64,000 nucleotides of DNA from an uncultured Chitinophagaceae bacterium (GCA_964647785.1 CAZYJD010000004.1:386-64385), one strand, 5' to 3'; counted from the first letter of the stretch, positions 26,363 through 36,970 are shown. Translations and numbers: made by a program. The notes: generated by a model from the sequence alone, not told the origin.

Positions 26363-28663
26363 ATGAATAAACAAAGCGCATATCTTGCCGAACTGAACCA
26401 TGCTCAGCAACAGGCAGTGGTAAATACAGAAGGGCCTGTGATGATTATTGCCGGTGCTGGTTCCGGCAAAACAAGGGTGCTTACCTACCGCATTGCCTAC
26501 CTGATGGAAAATGGGGTGGATCCCTTCAATATTCTCGCCCTCACTTTCACCAACAAAGCCGCCAAAGAAATGCGGGAGCGGATTGAAAAAGTGGTGGGCT
26601 CAGAGGCGAGGAACTTATGGATGGGTACTTTCCACTCGGTCTTTGCGCGCATTCTGAGGGCTGAAGCAGATAAACTGGGCTATCCCACCAATTTCACCAT
26701 CTACGATACCGACGATAGCAAGAGTCTGATCAAGGCCATTGTAAAAGAGTTCAACCTCGATGATAAGGTGTACAAGCCGGGGGTGATCCTTTCGCGAATT
26801 TCCAGCGCTAAAAACAATCTCATTACAGCAGCGGCCTATGAAAGCGCTTCTGAACTTACTTCTTATGATGCCTCAACCGGTCGGCCACACATCAGCGATA
26901 TTTTTAAGGCCTATTCGGAAAGGTGTTTCCGTGCCGGGGCCATGGATTTCGATGACATATTACTCAATACCTACAAGCTCCTCAATAAATTCCCCGATGT
27001 GCTCAACCGCTACCAACATCGCTTTCGATACCTGATGGTGGATGAGTATCAAGATACCAACCACTGCCAGTACATGATCATCAAACGTCTGGCAGCAGTG
27101 CATGAAAATATTTGTGTGGTGGGCGATGATGCCCAAAGCATCTATTCGTTCCGTGGGGCAAACATTCGCAACATTCTGTCATTTGAACAGGATTATCCCG
27201 ATTTAAAGGTATTTAAGCTGGAACAAAACTACCGCTCAACCAAAGTGATTGTTGAAGCGGCAGGAAGCGTCATCAGCCGTAATAAAGAACAGCTCGATAA
27301 AAAAGTATGGACCCAGAATGATGAAGGGGAGAAAATAAATCTCATGCGCGCTGTGACCGATAACGAAGAGGGAAAGCTCATAGCTCAAAGCATCTTTGAA
27401 GAGAAGATGAAGAACCAGCTTCACAACAGTGCATTCGCCATTTTATATCGCACCAATGCGCAGTCGCGAAGCCTTGAAGAAGCCCTGAGAAAGCAAAACA
27501 TTCCCTACCGAATTTACGGGGGCACCTCTTTCTATCAGCGCAAAGAAATCAGGGATATGATTGCCTATTTGCGCCTCATCATCAACCCGCAAGATGAAGA
27601 AGCACTCAAGCGAATCATCAATTACCCCACCAGGGGCATCGGCAACACCACCCTTGATCGGCTCATTCTGCTGGCCAATCAATTCAAGTGCAGCGTGTGG
27701 GATATCATAGAAAACGCGCATGCCCATGCCGAGCTGAAAACAGCCGTTAAAAAGCTGCAAAATTTTGCCACGATGATGAATAGTTTCAGGGCTTTGGCGG
27801 AACAGAACAACGCCTATGAGGTGGCCATGCATGTGGCAAGACAAACCACCCTTTTGAAAACACTCAATGAAGACAAAACAGTTGAAGGCATCAGCAGATA
27901 TGAAAACCTGGTAGAATTGCTGAACGGGGTAAAAGAATTCGTAGAGGACGATGAGAGCGAGCTGGAGAAATCGCTATCGAATTACCTGCAAGATATTGCC
28001 TTGCTTACCGATGCCGACCGGCAGGACGACGATACGGATAAAGTAAGCCTGATGACCGTGCATGCGGCAAAGGGGCTTGAGTTTCCACATGTCTATATCA
28101 CCGGCCTTGAAGAAAATCTTTTCCCTTCACAAATGAGCCTGGGAGATCGTTCACAGCTGGAAGAAGAAAGACGTTTGTTTTATGTGGCCATTACACGTGC
28201 TGAGAAGAAACTGAACCTCTCCTTCGCCACCAGCAGGTTTCGTTTTGGCACCCTTTTGCCTTGCGAGGCGAGTCGTTTCATCGAAGAGATCGACCCCTCT
28301 TACCTAAAAATGGACCCTCGAATGTTAAAGTCGCAGAGCCGTTCTCCACTCGAACAAAGAAACCATGGAGGCAATCGCTCGGGCCTTCGGTGGTCGGGTC
28401 CTCAGCAACGCAGCTCAAACAGCGATAGCTACAAAAAGAGCTACACCCCACAAAGGCCAAAGCCAGCAGCCATCCCCGATTTTAAACCCGAAGCGGTGAG
28501 CGATTTAGAGGTTGGGCAAAAAATAGAACACCAACGCTTCGGTAAAGGAGTGGTTACGGCAGTAGAGGGTCTGCCCGAAAACCGCAAGGCCAGTGTGAAT
28601 TTTGAGCAATTTGGCGATAAAATGTTGGTGCTTAAGTTTGCAAAGCTGCGCCTGATACCATGA
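26363..28663 (+). CDS. UvrD/PcrA/Rep-family ATP-dependent DNA helicase
   Basis: Superfamily-1 helicase motifs: AGAGSGKTRVL, LTFTNKAAKEM, VDEYQDTN and the C-terminal YVAITRA. The ATG at 26363 (MNKQSAYL) is the probable start. Confidence 0.8.
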   Translation: MNKQSAYLAELNHAQQQAVVNTEGPVMIIAGAGSGKTRVLTYRIAYLMENGVDPFNILALTFTNKAAKEMRERIEKVVGSEARNLWMGTFHSVFARILRAEADKLGYPTNFTIYDTDDSKSLIKAIVKEFNLDDKVYKPGVILSRISSAKNNLITAAAYESASELTSYDASTGRPHISDIFKAYSERCFRAGAMDFDDILLNTYKLLNKFPDVLNRYQHRFRYLMVDEYQDTNHCQYMIIKRLAAVHENICVVGDDAQSIYSFRGANIRNILSFEQDYPDLKVFKLEQNYRSTKVIVEAAGSVISRNKEQLDKKVWTQNDEGEKINLMRAVTDNEEGKLIAQSIFEEKMKNQLHNSAFAILYRTNAQSRSLEEALRKQNIPYRIYGGTSFYQRKEIRDMIAYLRLIINPQDEEALKRIINYPTRGIGNTTLDRLILLANQFKCSVWDIIENAHAHAELKTAVKKLQNFATMMNSFRALAEQNNAYEVAMHVARQTTLLKTLNEDKTVEGISRYENLVELLNGVKEFVEDDESELEKSLSNYLQDIALLTDADRQDDDTDKVSLMTVHAAKGLEFPHVYITGLEENLFPSQMSLGDRSQLEEERRLFYVAITRAEKKLNLSFATSRFRFGTLLPCEASRFIEEIDPSYLKMDPRMLKSQSRSPLEQRNHGGNRSGLRWSGPQQRSSNSDSYKKSYTPQRPKPAAIPDFKPEAVSDLEVGQKIEHQRFGKGVVTAVEGLPENRKASVNFEQFGDKMLVLKFAKLRLIP

Positions 28664-28666
28664 TGC

Positions 28667-30088
28667 ATGAAGCCTGAAGAACTCACCCGCAAACTGGGCA
28701 AAAGACTGGAAGTTACCAGCTCGTGGCATGTGTACGCTTATTCAGCGCTCACGGGCTTACTGGTTGGGGTGGCAGCCATTGGTTTCAGTTATGTACTCGA
28801 TCTGGTAATTGACTGGGTGCGAAGCCAGCACCAGCAAAAAGTGGTGTTCGAACAGAGCTTCCAACAGAGCTTTAGCAAGGTGTTTTATCAAGATTTTTGG
28901 ATGCGCCCACGGGTGTGGTTGCTATTGCTCTTGCCAACATTAGGGGGCTTGCTCGCAGGCATCGCCGCCAATTTCCTGGCCAAGGAAACCCTGGGCATTG
29001 GCATGGATTATCTCATCAACAGTTTTCACCGGCGCGATGGCCATTTGAGAAGACGGTATCCGGTGGTGCGCACCATTGCCACCTTGTTTACCATTGGCAC
29101 CGGCGGAAGTGCCGGTCGCGAAGGCCCAATCTCTCAAATTGGGGCGGGACTGGGCGTGATTATCGCAGATGTATTCAAAGCCGGAAGCCGCGCAAGGCGA
29201 ACCCTTTTATTGGCAGGGGCAAGCGCAGGACTGGGGGCAGTGTTTAAGGCACCTCTGGGTGGCGCACTCACAACGGTGGAAATGGTGTACAAAGAAGATA
29301 TAGAAAGTGAAGCCGTTATTCCATGTTTCATTTCTTCGGTGGTGGCATTTTTGATTTACACCGGCTATTCGGGTACAGAGAAACTCTACCATGTGGGGCG
29401 CGTGGCCTTTTTGCATGTGGAGGAGTTGCTGTTTTACATTTTACTGGGCTTGCTGTGTTTTGCCTATGGCTACCTTTTGATCAAGGGCTATCAGGATACC
29501 CGCAACCTCATTCGAAGATTTCATGTGCCCGGTTGGATTAAGCCCGCTTTTGGTGGACTGCTGGTGGGGGTAATTTCGCTGTTCTTCTTTGAAATCACTG
29601 GCATTGGAGAGGATTATATTCAATTGATTTTTGAAGGCAATTTGCCCGGCTATTTTGGCGCCGAAGCATGGCAAGTGGCGCTCGCTTTTTTACTCATCGC
29701 ACTCATTAAGGTGATTGCAACCACCCTAACATTGGGCACAGGTGGCTCGGGCGGTGTTTTTGGACCCTCCTTGTTTATCGGTGGCATGTTGGGTGCTGCA
29801 GTGGGCACCTTGGCACAATACGTTTATCCCGAATCTGAAATTTTTGTTTCATCCTACATCATGGTGGGCATGGGGGCTTTTTATGCTGGCTTGGCCAGTG
29901 CCAGTTTGGCCGGAATCATTATGATCTGTGAAATCACCGGGAATTACCTGCTCTTGCCTCCGCTTATTTTGGCAACAGTTTTTACGAGAATACTCTCCAA
30001 CAGAAAGTCATTACTGAAAAGCAAAGAAAAGAATCGTTTTACCACGCCTGCTCATCGGGCCGACAGGTTGCAGGCCGATCACGCCTGA
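28667..30088 (+). CDS. ClC-family voltage-gated chloride channel
   Basis: ClC selectivity-filter-like blocks GTGGSAGREGP, GGVFGPSLFIGG and GGALT; 10-12 TM helices. Confidence 0.75.
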   Translation: MKPEELTRKLGKRLEVTSSWHVYAYSALTGLLVGVAAIGFSYVLDLVIDWVRSQHQQKVVFEQSFQQSFSKVFYQDFWMRPRVWLLLLLPTLGGLLAGIAANFLAKETLGIGMDYLINSFHRRDGHLRRRYPVVRTIATLFTIGTGGSAGREGPISQIGAGLGVIIADVFKAGSRARRTLLLAGASAGLGAVFKAPLGGALTTVEMVYKEDIESEAVIPCFISSVVAFLIYTGYSGTEKLYHVGRVAFLHVEELLFYILLGLLCFAYGYLLIKGYQDTRNLIRRFHVPGWIKPAFGGLLVGVISLFFFEITGIGEDYIQLIFEGNLPGYFGAEAWQVALAFLLIALIKVIATTLTLGTGGSGGVFGPSLFIGGMLGAAVGTLAQYVYPESEIFVSSYIMVGMGAFYAGLASASLAGIIMICEITGNYLLLPPLILATVFTRILSNRKSLLKSKEKNRFTTPAHRADRLQADHA

Positions 30089-30573
30089 AATTGCTCGCGA
30101 ATAACCGACCACAATTTCCGCTTCAGGGCACTGCTTCGGTCGTTTTCAACTTCGCGCAATGAGTGGCTAAAGAGCAGCTTGATTTCGTTTCTTTGAATGA
30201 TTTGATAGCGATCTCCTTGCAGCCCAAAATCAGAAGGCGCATAGCCCCAGATGATCAGTCCGCCGGCTTTTTGTTCAAGGGCATATTGAATCAAGGCTTC
30301 CAGTTCGGGTTTGAGCATTTCAGTTTCAGCCGTTCCACTGCGCAGCCTGCCAATGGCTTGAAGTATCTTTTCATAAAAACGCTGCTCGTTTCTATCCGTA
30401 CTCTGATGAAATACACTCGCCAATTTGAGAGGGGCATTTTCCTTGTCGGGCGCAGTTGCAGGCTGTTTCTTCTCAGGCGCTTTCGCAGCTACCTCTGTTT
30501 GCACTTCAAAGGGGAAATATATCTCCTCTTCGTAAAACAATTCAAAAGGATCGGCAATACTTTCTTCGGTCAT
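30079..30573 (-). CDS. hypothetical protein
   Basis: ATG ORF, convergent with the ClC gene and overlapping it by 10 nt; no recognisable motif. Confidence 0.35.
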   Translation of the reverse strand: MTEESIADPFELFYEEEIYFPFEVQTEVAAKAPEKKQPATAPDKENAPLKLASVFHQSTDRNEQRFYEKILQAIGRLRSGTAETEMLKPELEALIQYALEQKAGGLIIWGYAPSDFGLQGDRYQIIQRNEIKLLFSHSLREVENDRSSALKRKLWSVIREQFQA

Positions 30574-30661
30574 TCGTGAACTAGGTCTTAGGCTCTTAAA
30601 TTTGCAGCATCATTTATCTGGGGGTCTCTCTTGATGCTCAGAAAAGTTCAAAAATATACAT

Positions 30662-31726
30662 ATGGCAGAAATTCAGATTACCAAAAAGCAGATATCAGGC
30701 ATAGGAGCTGTTGATTTCAGTAACATCCCTTTTGGGAAGGTATTTGCCGATCACCTGTTCATCGTTGATTATGAAGATGGGAAATGGTGCAATGCGCGCA
30801 TTCAGCCTTATGGCCCTCTATCGCTTTCGCCTTCACTCTCGTGCATGCATTATGGCCAAGCCATTTTCGAGGGGATGAAGGCGCAGAAATCGCCCAATGG
30901 TGAAATACTGCTCTATCGCCCTGAGGAGAATTGGAAACGCCTGAACCGCTCTGCCCAGCGAATGTGCATGCCAGAATTGCCGCTTGAGTATTTTAGGGAA
31001 GGCTTGAAAAAACTACTTGAACTGGATGCCGATTGGGTGCCTGCTGATCCGGAAGGGGCTTTGTACATACGTCCGTTCATGATTGGTACGGATGACTACC
31101 TGGGCGTGAAGCCTTCTTCACGTTACAGCTTCATGATTTACAGTTGTCCGGTTGGGGCCTATTACAGTGAACCGCTTCGCATTCGCGTGGAAACCAAATT
31201 TGTACGAGCGGCAAAAGGTGGTGTAGGGGCTGCCAAAGCTGCCGGCAATTATGCAGCAGCGATGTACCCGGCAAGTTTAGCACAAGAGAAAGGGTATCAT
31301 CAGTTGCTGTGGACCGATGCCCTCGAGCATCGCTACATTGAAGAGTTGGGTACGTCGAACTTTTTTGCGTTGATTGGCAATGAATTGATTACCCCTGCCC
31401 TTGATGGAACCATACTGGAGGGGATTACCCGTGAAAGCATCATTGAATTGGCGCGCGCTAAAGGCATTGCCGTTCAGGAACGCCCACTGGAAGTTGCTGA
31501 GCTTTTAAAAGCAGCAGAACAATCTCAACTGAAGGAGGCCTTCGCTACTGGAACTGCCGCCACCATCGCTCCAATCGCACTTATTAGCATTGGCGATAAA
31601 GATATTGAGCTGCCCACTGGTGAAGGAACACGCAGCCATGAACTGGGAAACCTGCTGAAAAAGATTAAAACCGGTGCAATGAGCGATGACTTTGGTTGGA
31701 CCATCGAGGCTGGTTCGTGGAACTGA
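30662..31726 (+). CDS. ilvE: branched-chain-amino-acid aminotransferase (fold type IV)
   Basis: Full-length similarity to class IV aminotransferases (EGMKA, GGVGAAKAAGNYAA, E.GT.NFF). Confidence 0.8.
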   Translation: MAEIQITKKQISGIGAVDFSNIPFGKVFADHLFIVDYEDGKWCNARIQPYGPLSLSPSLSCMHYGQAIFEGMKAQKSPNGEILLYRPEENWKRLNRSAQRMCMPELPLEYFREGLKKLLELDADWVPADPEGALYIRPFMIGTDDYLGVKPSSRYSFMIYSCPVGAYYSEPLRIRVETKFVRAAKGGVGAAKAAGNYAAAMYPASLAQEKGYHQLLWTDALEHRYIEELGTSNFFALIGNELITPALDGTILEGITRESIIELARAKGIAVQERPLEVAELLKAAEQSQLKEAFATGTAATIAPIALISIGDKDIELPTGEGTRSHELGNLLKKIKTGAMSDDFGWTIEAGSWN

Positions 31727-31735
31727 TGCCCCGAT

Positions 31736-32200
31736 TTACCAAGTGTGATCAATGATGATGCGCCAGCCCTCTTCTGGGAAGTATTTCCAAATCAATGAGA
31801 AGTAGCCCGAACGAAAGCTATCTTGTTGGTGCACCACCCACTGCCCCGTGGTATGATACAATTGGTTGCCCAGTGCCCGGTACTCGTCCGTCTTAAACTC
31901 AAGTCGCCCCATGGCTTCCTTATTTGGGAATGCTCTTTGGTAATTTTCTAAAACACGATCCCAACCTCGGTTTACTCCTTTGATTGTGATGAATTGCAAG
32001 CGGTCGCTATTCCAGTAGTATTTCATGAAGCCTTCGATGTCTCCTTCATTCCAACTGTTTAGTTGCTGTTTGAAACAAGCTGCAATGGCTGCGCTGTCAG
32101 CGGCGTTATTGGGCTGATCAGAACTGTGCGATTTGTTGCGGGTGCAGGCCGCTGAAAACATAATCATCACTGCCAAACTTAAAATAGCGTTTAATTTCAT
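31736..32200 (-). CDS. NTF2/SnoaL-like (DUF4440-like) lipoprotein
   Basis: Lipoprotein signal MKLNAILSLAVMIMFSAAC; the size and W/Y-rich pattern fit the NTF2-like fold. Confidence 0.45.
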   Translation of the reverse strand: MKLNAILSLAVMIMFSAACTRNKSHSSDQPNNAADSAAIAACFKQQLNSWNEGDIEGFMKYYWNSDRLQFITIKGVNRGWDRVLENYQRAFPNKEAMGRLEFKTDEYRALGNQLYHTTGQWVVHQQDSFRSGYFSLIWKYFPEEGWRIIIDHTW

Positions 32201-32419
32201 GTCCCGAATATAAGAGCGGGTTCCATAAGTTTAACAATTCCTTATGATGGAACTTTTTTCCCAAAATAGGAAATTGTAAAAATCATGAATTCCCTAAGTC
32301 GCTAAAATACAAGCGATTAATAAACGTTCTTTCTTGGCATGATTACTGATATGAAGATGGCGTACCTCAGGGTACATTTTCATCATAAGTAGTAGTTTAG
32401 TATTTTATCTTTGAGTTTT

Positions 32420-32454
32420 GAATCCCGGGGTAGTAGCCGGGATTCATTTTTTTT
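32420..32454 (+). terminator. intrinsic-terminator-like hairpin in the 5' leader of the OmpA-family gene (attenuator or sRNA 3' end)
   Basis: Stem GAATCCCGG/CCGGGATTC (9 bp) with loop ggtagtag, followed by 8 T. There is no upstream + strand CDS within 690 bp; the downstream CDS starts 60 nt later. Confidence 0.45.
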
Positions 32455-32514
32455 AGGGGAATTCGATCAAAGGTGCGTTTTTTGAATAAGCGAAATCAAT
32501 TATCCCGCCTACTG

Positions 32515-33567
32515 ATGAAACCAACATTTCTAAGTTTTTTGCTCATCCTTGGCTCACTGAGCTTAATTGCCCAAGATTTTCGCACCTATCATTTCGATGT
32601 GTATTTCGATTCAGGCAAAGATGCAATAGACATGGATGCGGCCTCCAGCATCCGGCAGAAGATCATTGAACTGGGAAGCAGCAACATTCGCGAGGTTTAT
32701 CTTTCAGGTCATGCCGATTCCGATTCGGATGATGACTTCAACAAGGCCCTCAGTCGCCGGCGTGCTGAGCACACCCGCAATTATCTGATGTCGCAAGGCG
32801 TACCTGAACGCATGATTCAAATGAAGTCTTTTGGTGAAAGCATGCCCGTTTCTGATGACAAGCGCCTCAATAGAAGGGTGCAAATTACTTTTCTGTATGC
32901 CAATGAACTACCTGCATCGAACGGACGCAATGTGGTGGTCATAGGCCGCGTGCAACACGGTCATACCGGTAAGAAAATGGGTGCCGATTACGCCATGGAG
33001 CAAGGGGGGCAAAATCTGTTCGGCCAGTGCAGTCGCAAGGGTGAATTTTCACTCAAACTAGGCGTGAGCGACAATGCTCGCGTCATTGTGAGTAGGAATG
33101 GTTTTCTCAGCGATGTGAAAGAAGTTGATCCGAATCAACTTCGCAGAGCAAGCGATACCTTGTTTCTGAATTTTAAACTCTATCCCGTTCAAGTGGTGGA
33201 GAAGATTACCTTTAAAAATATCTACTTTTATACCGATAAGGATGTGCTGAAACCTGAAAGCATGACCGATTTACAGCGATTGCTTGTCATGCTCAAAAGC
33301 AATCAGGAATTGTACATTCAGATACAGGGGCATGTAAATTTCCCCATGTACCGTGAATTAACCCCAAGCCTGAAAATATGGAATCACGATTTATCACATC
33401 GGCGGGCCAAAGCAGTTTATGATTACCTGATAAAAAATGGAGTTGATCCTAGTCGCCTCAGTTATATCGGCCTAAGTAACACCCGCATGGTGCATCCGTA
33501 TCCCAACAATCAGGCTGAAGCCGACAAAAACAAGCGGGTGGAAATCTGGAAAATGAAGAAAATTTAA
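32515..33567 (+). CDS. OmpA-family protein with two OmpA-like peptidoglycan-binding domains
   Basis: Signal peptide MKPTFLSFLLILGSLSLIAQ. There are two OmpA_C-like modules (GHADSDSDDDFNKALSRRRAE...RRVQI and QGHVN...LSHRRAKAV..YL...GV...R...G.S......P......A..NKRVEI). Confidence 0.7.
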   Translation: MKPTFLSFLLILGSLSLIAQDFRTYHFDVYFDSGKDAIDMDAASSIRQKIIELGSSNIREVYLSGHADSDSDDDFNKALSRRRAEHTRNYLMSQGVPERMIQMKSFGESMPVSDDKRLNRRVQITFLYANELPASNGRNVVVIGRVQHGHTGKKMGADYAMEQGGQNLFGQCSRKGEFSLKLGVSDNARVIVSRNGFLSDVKEVDPNQLRRASDTLFLNFKLYPVQVVEKITFKNIYFYTDKDVLKPESMTDLQRLLVMLKSNQELYIQIQGHVNFPMYRELTPSLKIWNHDLSHRRAKAVYDYLIKNGVDPSRLSYIGLSNTRMVHPYPNNQAEADKNKRVEIWKMKKI

Positions 33568-35402
33568 TTGTAGAGCATCCAGCCAATACCAAATCGCAGC
33601 TGTCCTGGAAGATCAGGCATGAGATAAGAGCTGTATAAGGCCTGACCGCTGAAATCATTCAACCTTTCGTACATCACAAAAGCGCGTACCGTTCTTATTT
33701 GCATGTTGAGAAAGGCGTTGGCCCTGAGCTGCCAGTCCGATGCGGTGCCCTGGCCCAGCTGGTAGCGACGACTTACAGGATTGTAATAGTTCATGATGAA
33801 TGGGCTGTGAACCCAAACATCAAGCCCACTCTCGGCCTTCAAATTTCCTTTAAACAAGCTAAAGGTAAAGGAAAGCGGAACCTTGGCCAATATGCCAGGC
33901 AAACCAATCAATGCAATATTTTGTGCTTGCAACAACAATTCCGGCTCGCTTCGGAACGCCCCTCGCTTAATTGTTAAGCGGTTGGTCCAGCTCACATATT
34001 GCCAGTTTGAGGTGCTTTGTTGTGGTAATGCATTGCTGCCGTAATAAACCATTCCCGCGGTATTTCTGAGTGCAATGCTGCTTCGCCATTTTTCGCCCTT
34101 CGATTGCCATGATAGTTGCAGCTGTAAGTGCTGTTCTTTGTTCCAGCTTTCGTTGAACCACAAATAATGATTGCTCACAAAATATCGTGAGAGAAAATCA
34201 GGTTCCCGTTGTTGCCATGAGGTGGCCAAAGCCAGCACTCCTTGCTCTCCGCTGTAACGCCCCTGTGCTGCCAGTTCTGCATCGCCTGAATTATAGCCTG
34301 TGAGGTATTGTTCCCATTTCAGGGCTGTTTGCCAATGGCTGCCTCGGCGCATATCCCATCCTAGCCGATAGGCGGTATTTTGGTACCTGGCATTGGTGTT
34401 TTGTGGCTGTGAAATGTCGTGATGCGCATGAAGCAAGCCCAAAAGCCAACGATGATCCTTATTGCTTTTAGTTATTTCAAGACGGTTTTTTGCATAGAAA
34501 TGCCGGAGGGAGTCAAAGGTGGTGCTGCTAAAAAGTGAAGGGGGCAAAAAGGTGTCGGTGTTTCCGTATTCAAAACGATTCATATCGCGCCCCAAATCCA
34601 GCTGATGTTGAATGAATAGTTTTCGTCGCAAGCCCTGCTTGAAATGAATGGCATTGCGGTTAAATCGGTTTCCGGCATTGCTCAATTGGGCGAAATTATT
34701 GAACTCTCTCGTTCTGCCTGTGAGTTGTTCAAATCGAAGCGGGTCTGTGATGCCACCACTTTCCTGAAGGGTATTTCGGTCCAGCATAACATCTGCCAAA
34801 GCCACGTAATGGCTGTCAGCACTGATATAACTGCTGAACAATCGCGTGCTGAACAAAGAAGCCATGCGCGTTCGGTCTCGGTTGGGAAGGTTGTCGAAAT
34901 ACAAATTATTCCAGGCCGTGTGTCGGTAGTGCACTCCTGCATTCCAACCTGCACGGATGTTTTGGGTGTGCAGGGCTTCGAGGTAAAGCATGTTGGGCGG
35001 CCCTTGCGCATAGTTGAGATCGGTAACAGCCAGGGGCGTCTGGTAATATTTCCGTTCGCCATTGCCCGTCCACCAAATGTCTTGATGGTCATCGCAAAGA
35101 ACAAAGCCGGAAGCGGGCTGCCGAACCTGGTCAAGCCGCAGAACAGGAGTGCCCGTTAAGCCTTGATCTTGCCAGCCGATACTTTTTTCAACCAGTGGAG
35201 AATATCGGTGGTACATATGGAAACTGCTATCATGCAATTTCCCACCATTGCTGTCAAGGGGCTGGAGGGCAAAAATATCTGCTGCAGAAAACTCGTACAA
35301 AAGGTTTCTCTTCAGGTGTTGCAAACTATCGGCTTGTCGCTGTTGTGCCCGCAAACTGATGCCAACACCCAGCGCAACCATGAGCAGAAAAGCCCGGTAC
35401 AT
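33564..35402 (-). CDS. putative outer-membrane beta-barrel protein
   Basis: Signal peptide MYRAFLLMVALGVGISLRAQ starts at 35402. The sequence is rich in Y, W, N and G, and the beta-strand-like C-terminus is ...RFGIGWMLYN. Confidence 0.45.
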   Translation of the reverse strand: MYRAFLLMVALGVGISLRAQQRQADSLQHLKRNLLYEFSAADIFALQPLDSNGGKLHDSSFHMYHRYSPLVEKSIGWQDQGLTGTPVLRLDQVRQPASGFVLCDDHQDIWWTGNGERKYYQTPLAVTDLNYAQGPPNMLYLEALHTQNIRAGWNAGVHYRHTAWNNLYFDNLPNRDRTRMASLFSTRLFSSYISADSHYVALADVMLDRNTLQESGGITDPLRFEQLTGRTREFNNFAQLSNAGNRFNRNAIHFKQGLRRKLFIQHQLDLGRDMNRFEYGNTDTFLPPSLFSSTTFDSLRHFYAKNRLEITKSNKDHRWLLGLLHAHHDISQPQNTNARYQNTAYRLGWDMRRGSHWQTALKWEQYLTGYNSGDAELAAQGRYSGEQGVLALATSWQQREPDFLSRYFVSNHYLWFNESWNKEQHLQLQLSWQSKGEKWRSSIALRNTAGMVYYGSNALPQQSTSNWQYVSWTNRLTIKRGAFRSEPELLLQAQNIALIGLPGILAKVPLSFTFSLFKGNLKAESGLDVWVHSPFIMNYYNPVSRRYQLGQGTASDWQLRANAFLNMQIRTVRAFVMYERLNDFSGQALYSSYLMPDLPGQLRFGIGWMLYN

Positions 35403-35485
35403 ATTTGCAAATGCCTGATTCAATTGATAAATGCTGGGCAAATTACCTCTTTTTTCTGCAGACTTGCCGATACTAACTTTGTGCC

Positions 35486-36529
35486 ATGGCCAAAGTACTG
35501 ATTTATGGTGGCGGGATAGCGGGTTGTGTGCTGGCAATGAAGCTTCATGCGCAGAATGTTGAAGTGCATTTGGCCGATTTCCCATTTCAAAATGCAGCAA
35601 GTCGGGTGGCAGCAGGAATTTATAATCCCATCACCGGCAAACGATTTTCCCTGAGCTGGGCTGTTGCCGATTCGTGGCAGGCCATCTATGACTTTTATCC
35701 TTCTTTGGAGCAGACGTTGAATGCACGCTTTTTCCATCCCATGCCTCTGTTGCGTTTTTTACACGATCAATCACAACAAAACGATTGGATGGCGCGCTCT
35801 TCTGATGAGCGATTCACCCCCTTTTTAGCGGACCCGCCTATTCAAGAACACGCTTATTTTCAAGCACATGATTTTGGGTTTTTAGCCGTCAATCAAGCGG
35901 GATGGTTGAATACAACGGTCTTCATAGAGGCGGTTCATCACTTTTTTCAAGAACGTGGAAGGTTTTTTCCGCAGCAGCTCCATCCGGAACAGATACATTT
36001 TGCTTCGGGAAAAATTGGCTGGAATGAAAATACTTACGATGCAGTGGTGCAATGCTCAGGGGTACGCCCGTTTCAGGATCCATTTTGGCGTTGGCTGCCT
36101 TTCACCCCCATGCGGGGCGAGGTGCTGGATATTCATTCTGAGAATTTTCCCTCAGATGCCATTTTTGTCAAGCAGCATTTCATTGTACCCCTGTCTGAAA
36201 ACACATTCAGAATTGGTTCGACTTATGACTGGCGAATAACAGATGAGGTGGTGACTGAAGAGGGCAAAAAGCGTTTGATGGATTTTGCATCTGAGATGAC
36301 CGGTGGAGATTTTAAGATGCTCAACATCCGCGCAGGTGTTAGACCCGCCGTGAAGGATCGCCGACCGCTTGTTGGGCGACATCCTGAGCATCCAAACCTT
36401 TATCTATTCAATGGTTTTGGAAGCAAGGCAGTGAGCTTGGCCCCTTGGTTGGCCGATCAACTCATAGCTTATATCGAACAAGATGTCGCGCTACCAGCAC
36501 AAGCCGATTTGCTTCGGTTTCTACACTGA
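35486..36529 (+). CDS. FAD-dependent oxidoreductase (DAO / glycine-oxidase-like)
   Basis: N-terminal Rossmann block VLIYGGGIAGCVLA and C-terminal FNGFGSKAV, typical of DAO-family flavoenzymes. Confidence 0.6.
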   Translation: MAKVLIYGGGIAGCVLAMKLHAQNVEVHLADFPFQNAASRVAAGIYNPITGKRFSLSWAVADSWQAIYDFYPSLEQTLNARFFHPMPLLRFLHDQSQQNDWMARSSDERFTPFLADPPIQEHAYFQAHDFGFLAVNQAGWLNTTVFIEAVHHFFQERGRFFPQQLHPEQIHFASGKIGWNENTYDAVVQCSGVRPFQDPFWRWLPFTPMRGEVLDIHSENFPSDAIFVKQHFIVPLSENTFRIGSTYDWRITDEVVTEEGKKRLMDFASEMTGGDFKMLNIRAGVRPAVKDRRPLVGRHPEHPNLYLFNGFGSKAVSLAPWLADQLIAYIEQDVALPAQADLLRFLH

Positions 36530-36970
36530 ATCATCTTTTACGGGCACCAATAGCACAGGAACGGAAGCCCGGTTTACCACCTGCTTGCTCACGCTGCCCA
36601 TAAGAACGTCAAATATGCCTCCTGAACCGTGTTTCCCAATCACGACCAAGTCGCATTTTAAGTTGCGCGCTTTTTGAAGTATCATATCGGCCGGATCCCC
36701 CTGTAAAAGCAATGGTTCCGTTTCTATATTTCTATTTCTCAGCTGATTTGCTATCTGCTGCAAATGAACATGCTCCTCCCTAATCTCATCAGCGCGTCCT
36801 TTTCGAATGTACTTCGGACCACTTTGATAACCGATGAATTCAGGTTCTGTTTCTGTTACATGAATGAGCCAAATACGAGCCTGAAAGGCAGATGCATACA
36901 GCTCGGCTTTTTCGATTACTTTTTCCGAACCCCTCGAAAAATCTAATGGAACCAGAATGTTCTTGACCAT
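36521..36970 (-). CDS. universal stress protein (UspA family)
   Basis: Blocks ILVPLDFS, CDLVVIGKHG and VPVLLV. Confidence 0.7.
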   Translation of the reverse strand: MVKNILVPLDFSRGSEKVIEKAELYASAFQARIWLIHVTETEPEFIGYQSGPKYIRKGRADEIREEHVHLQQIANQLRNRNIETEPLLLQGDPADMILQKARNLKCDLVVIGKHGSGGIFDVLMGSVSKQVVNRASVPVLLVPVKDDSV

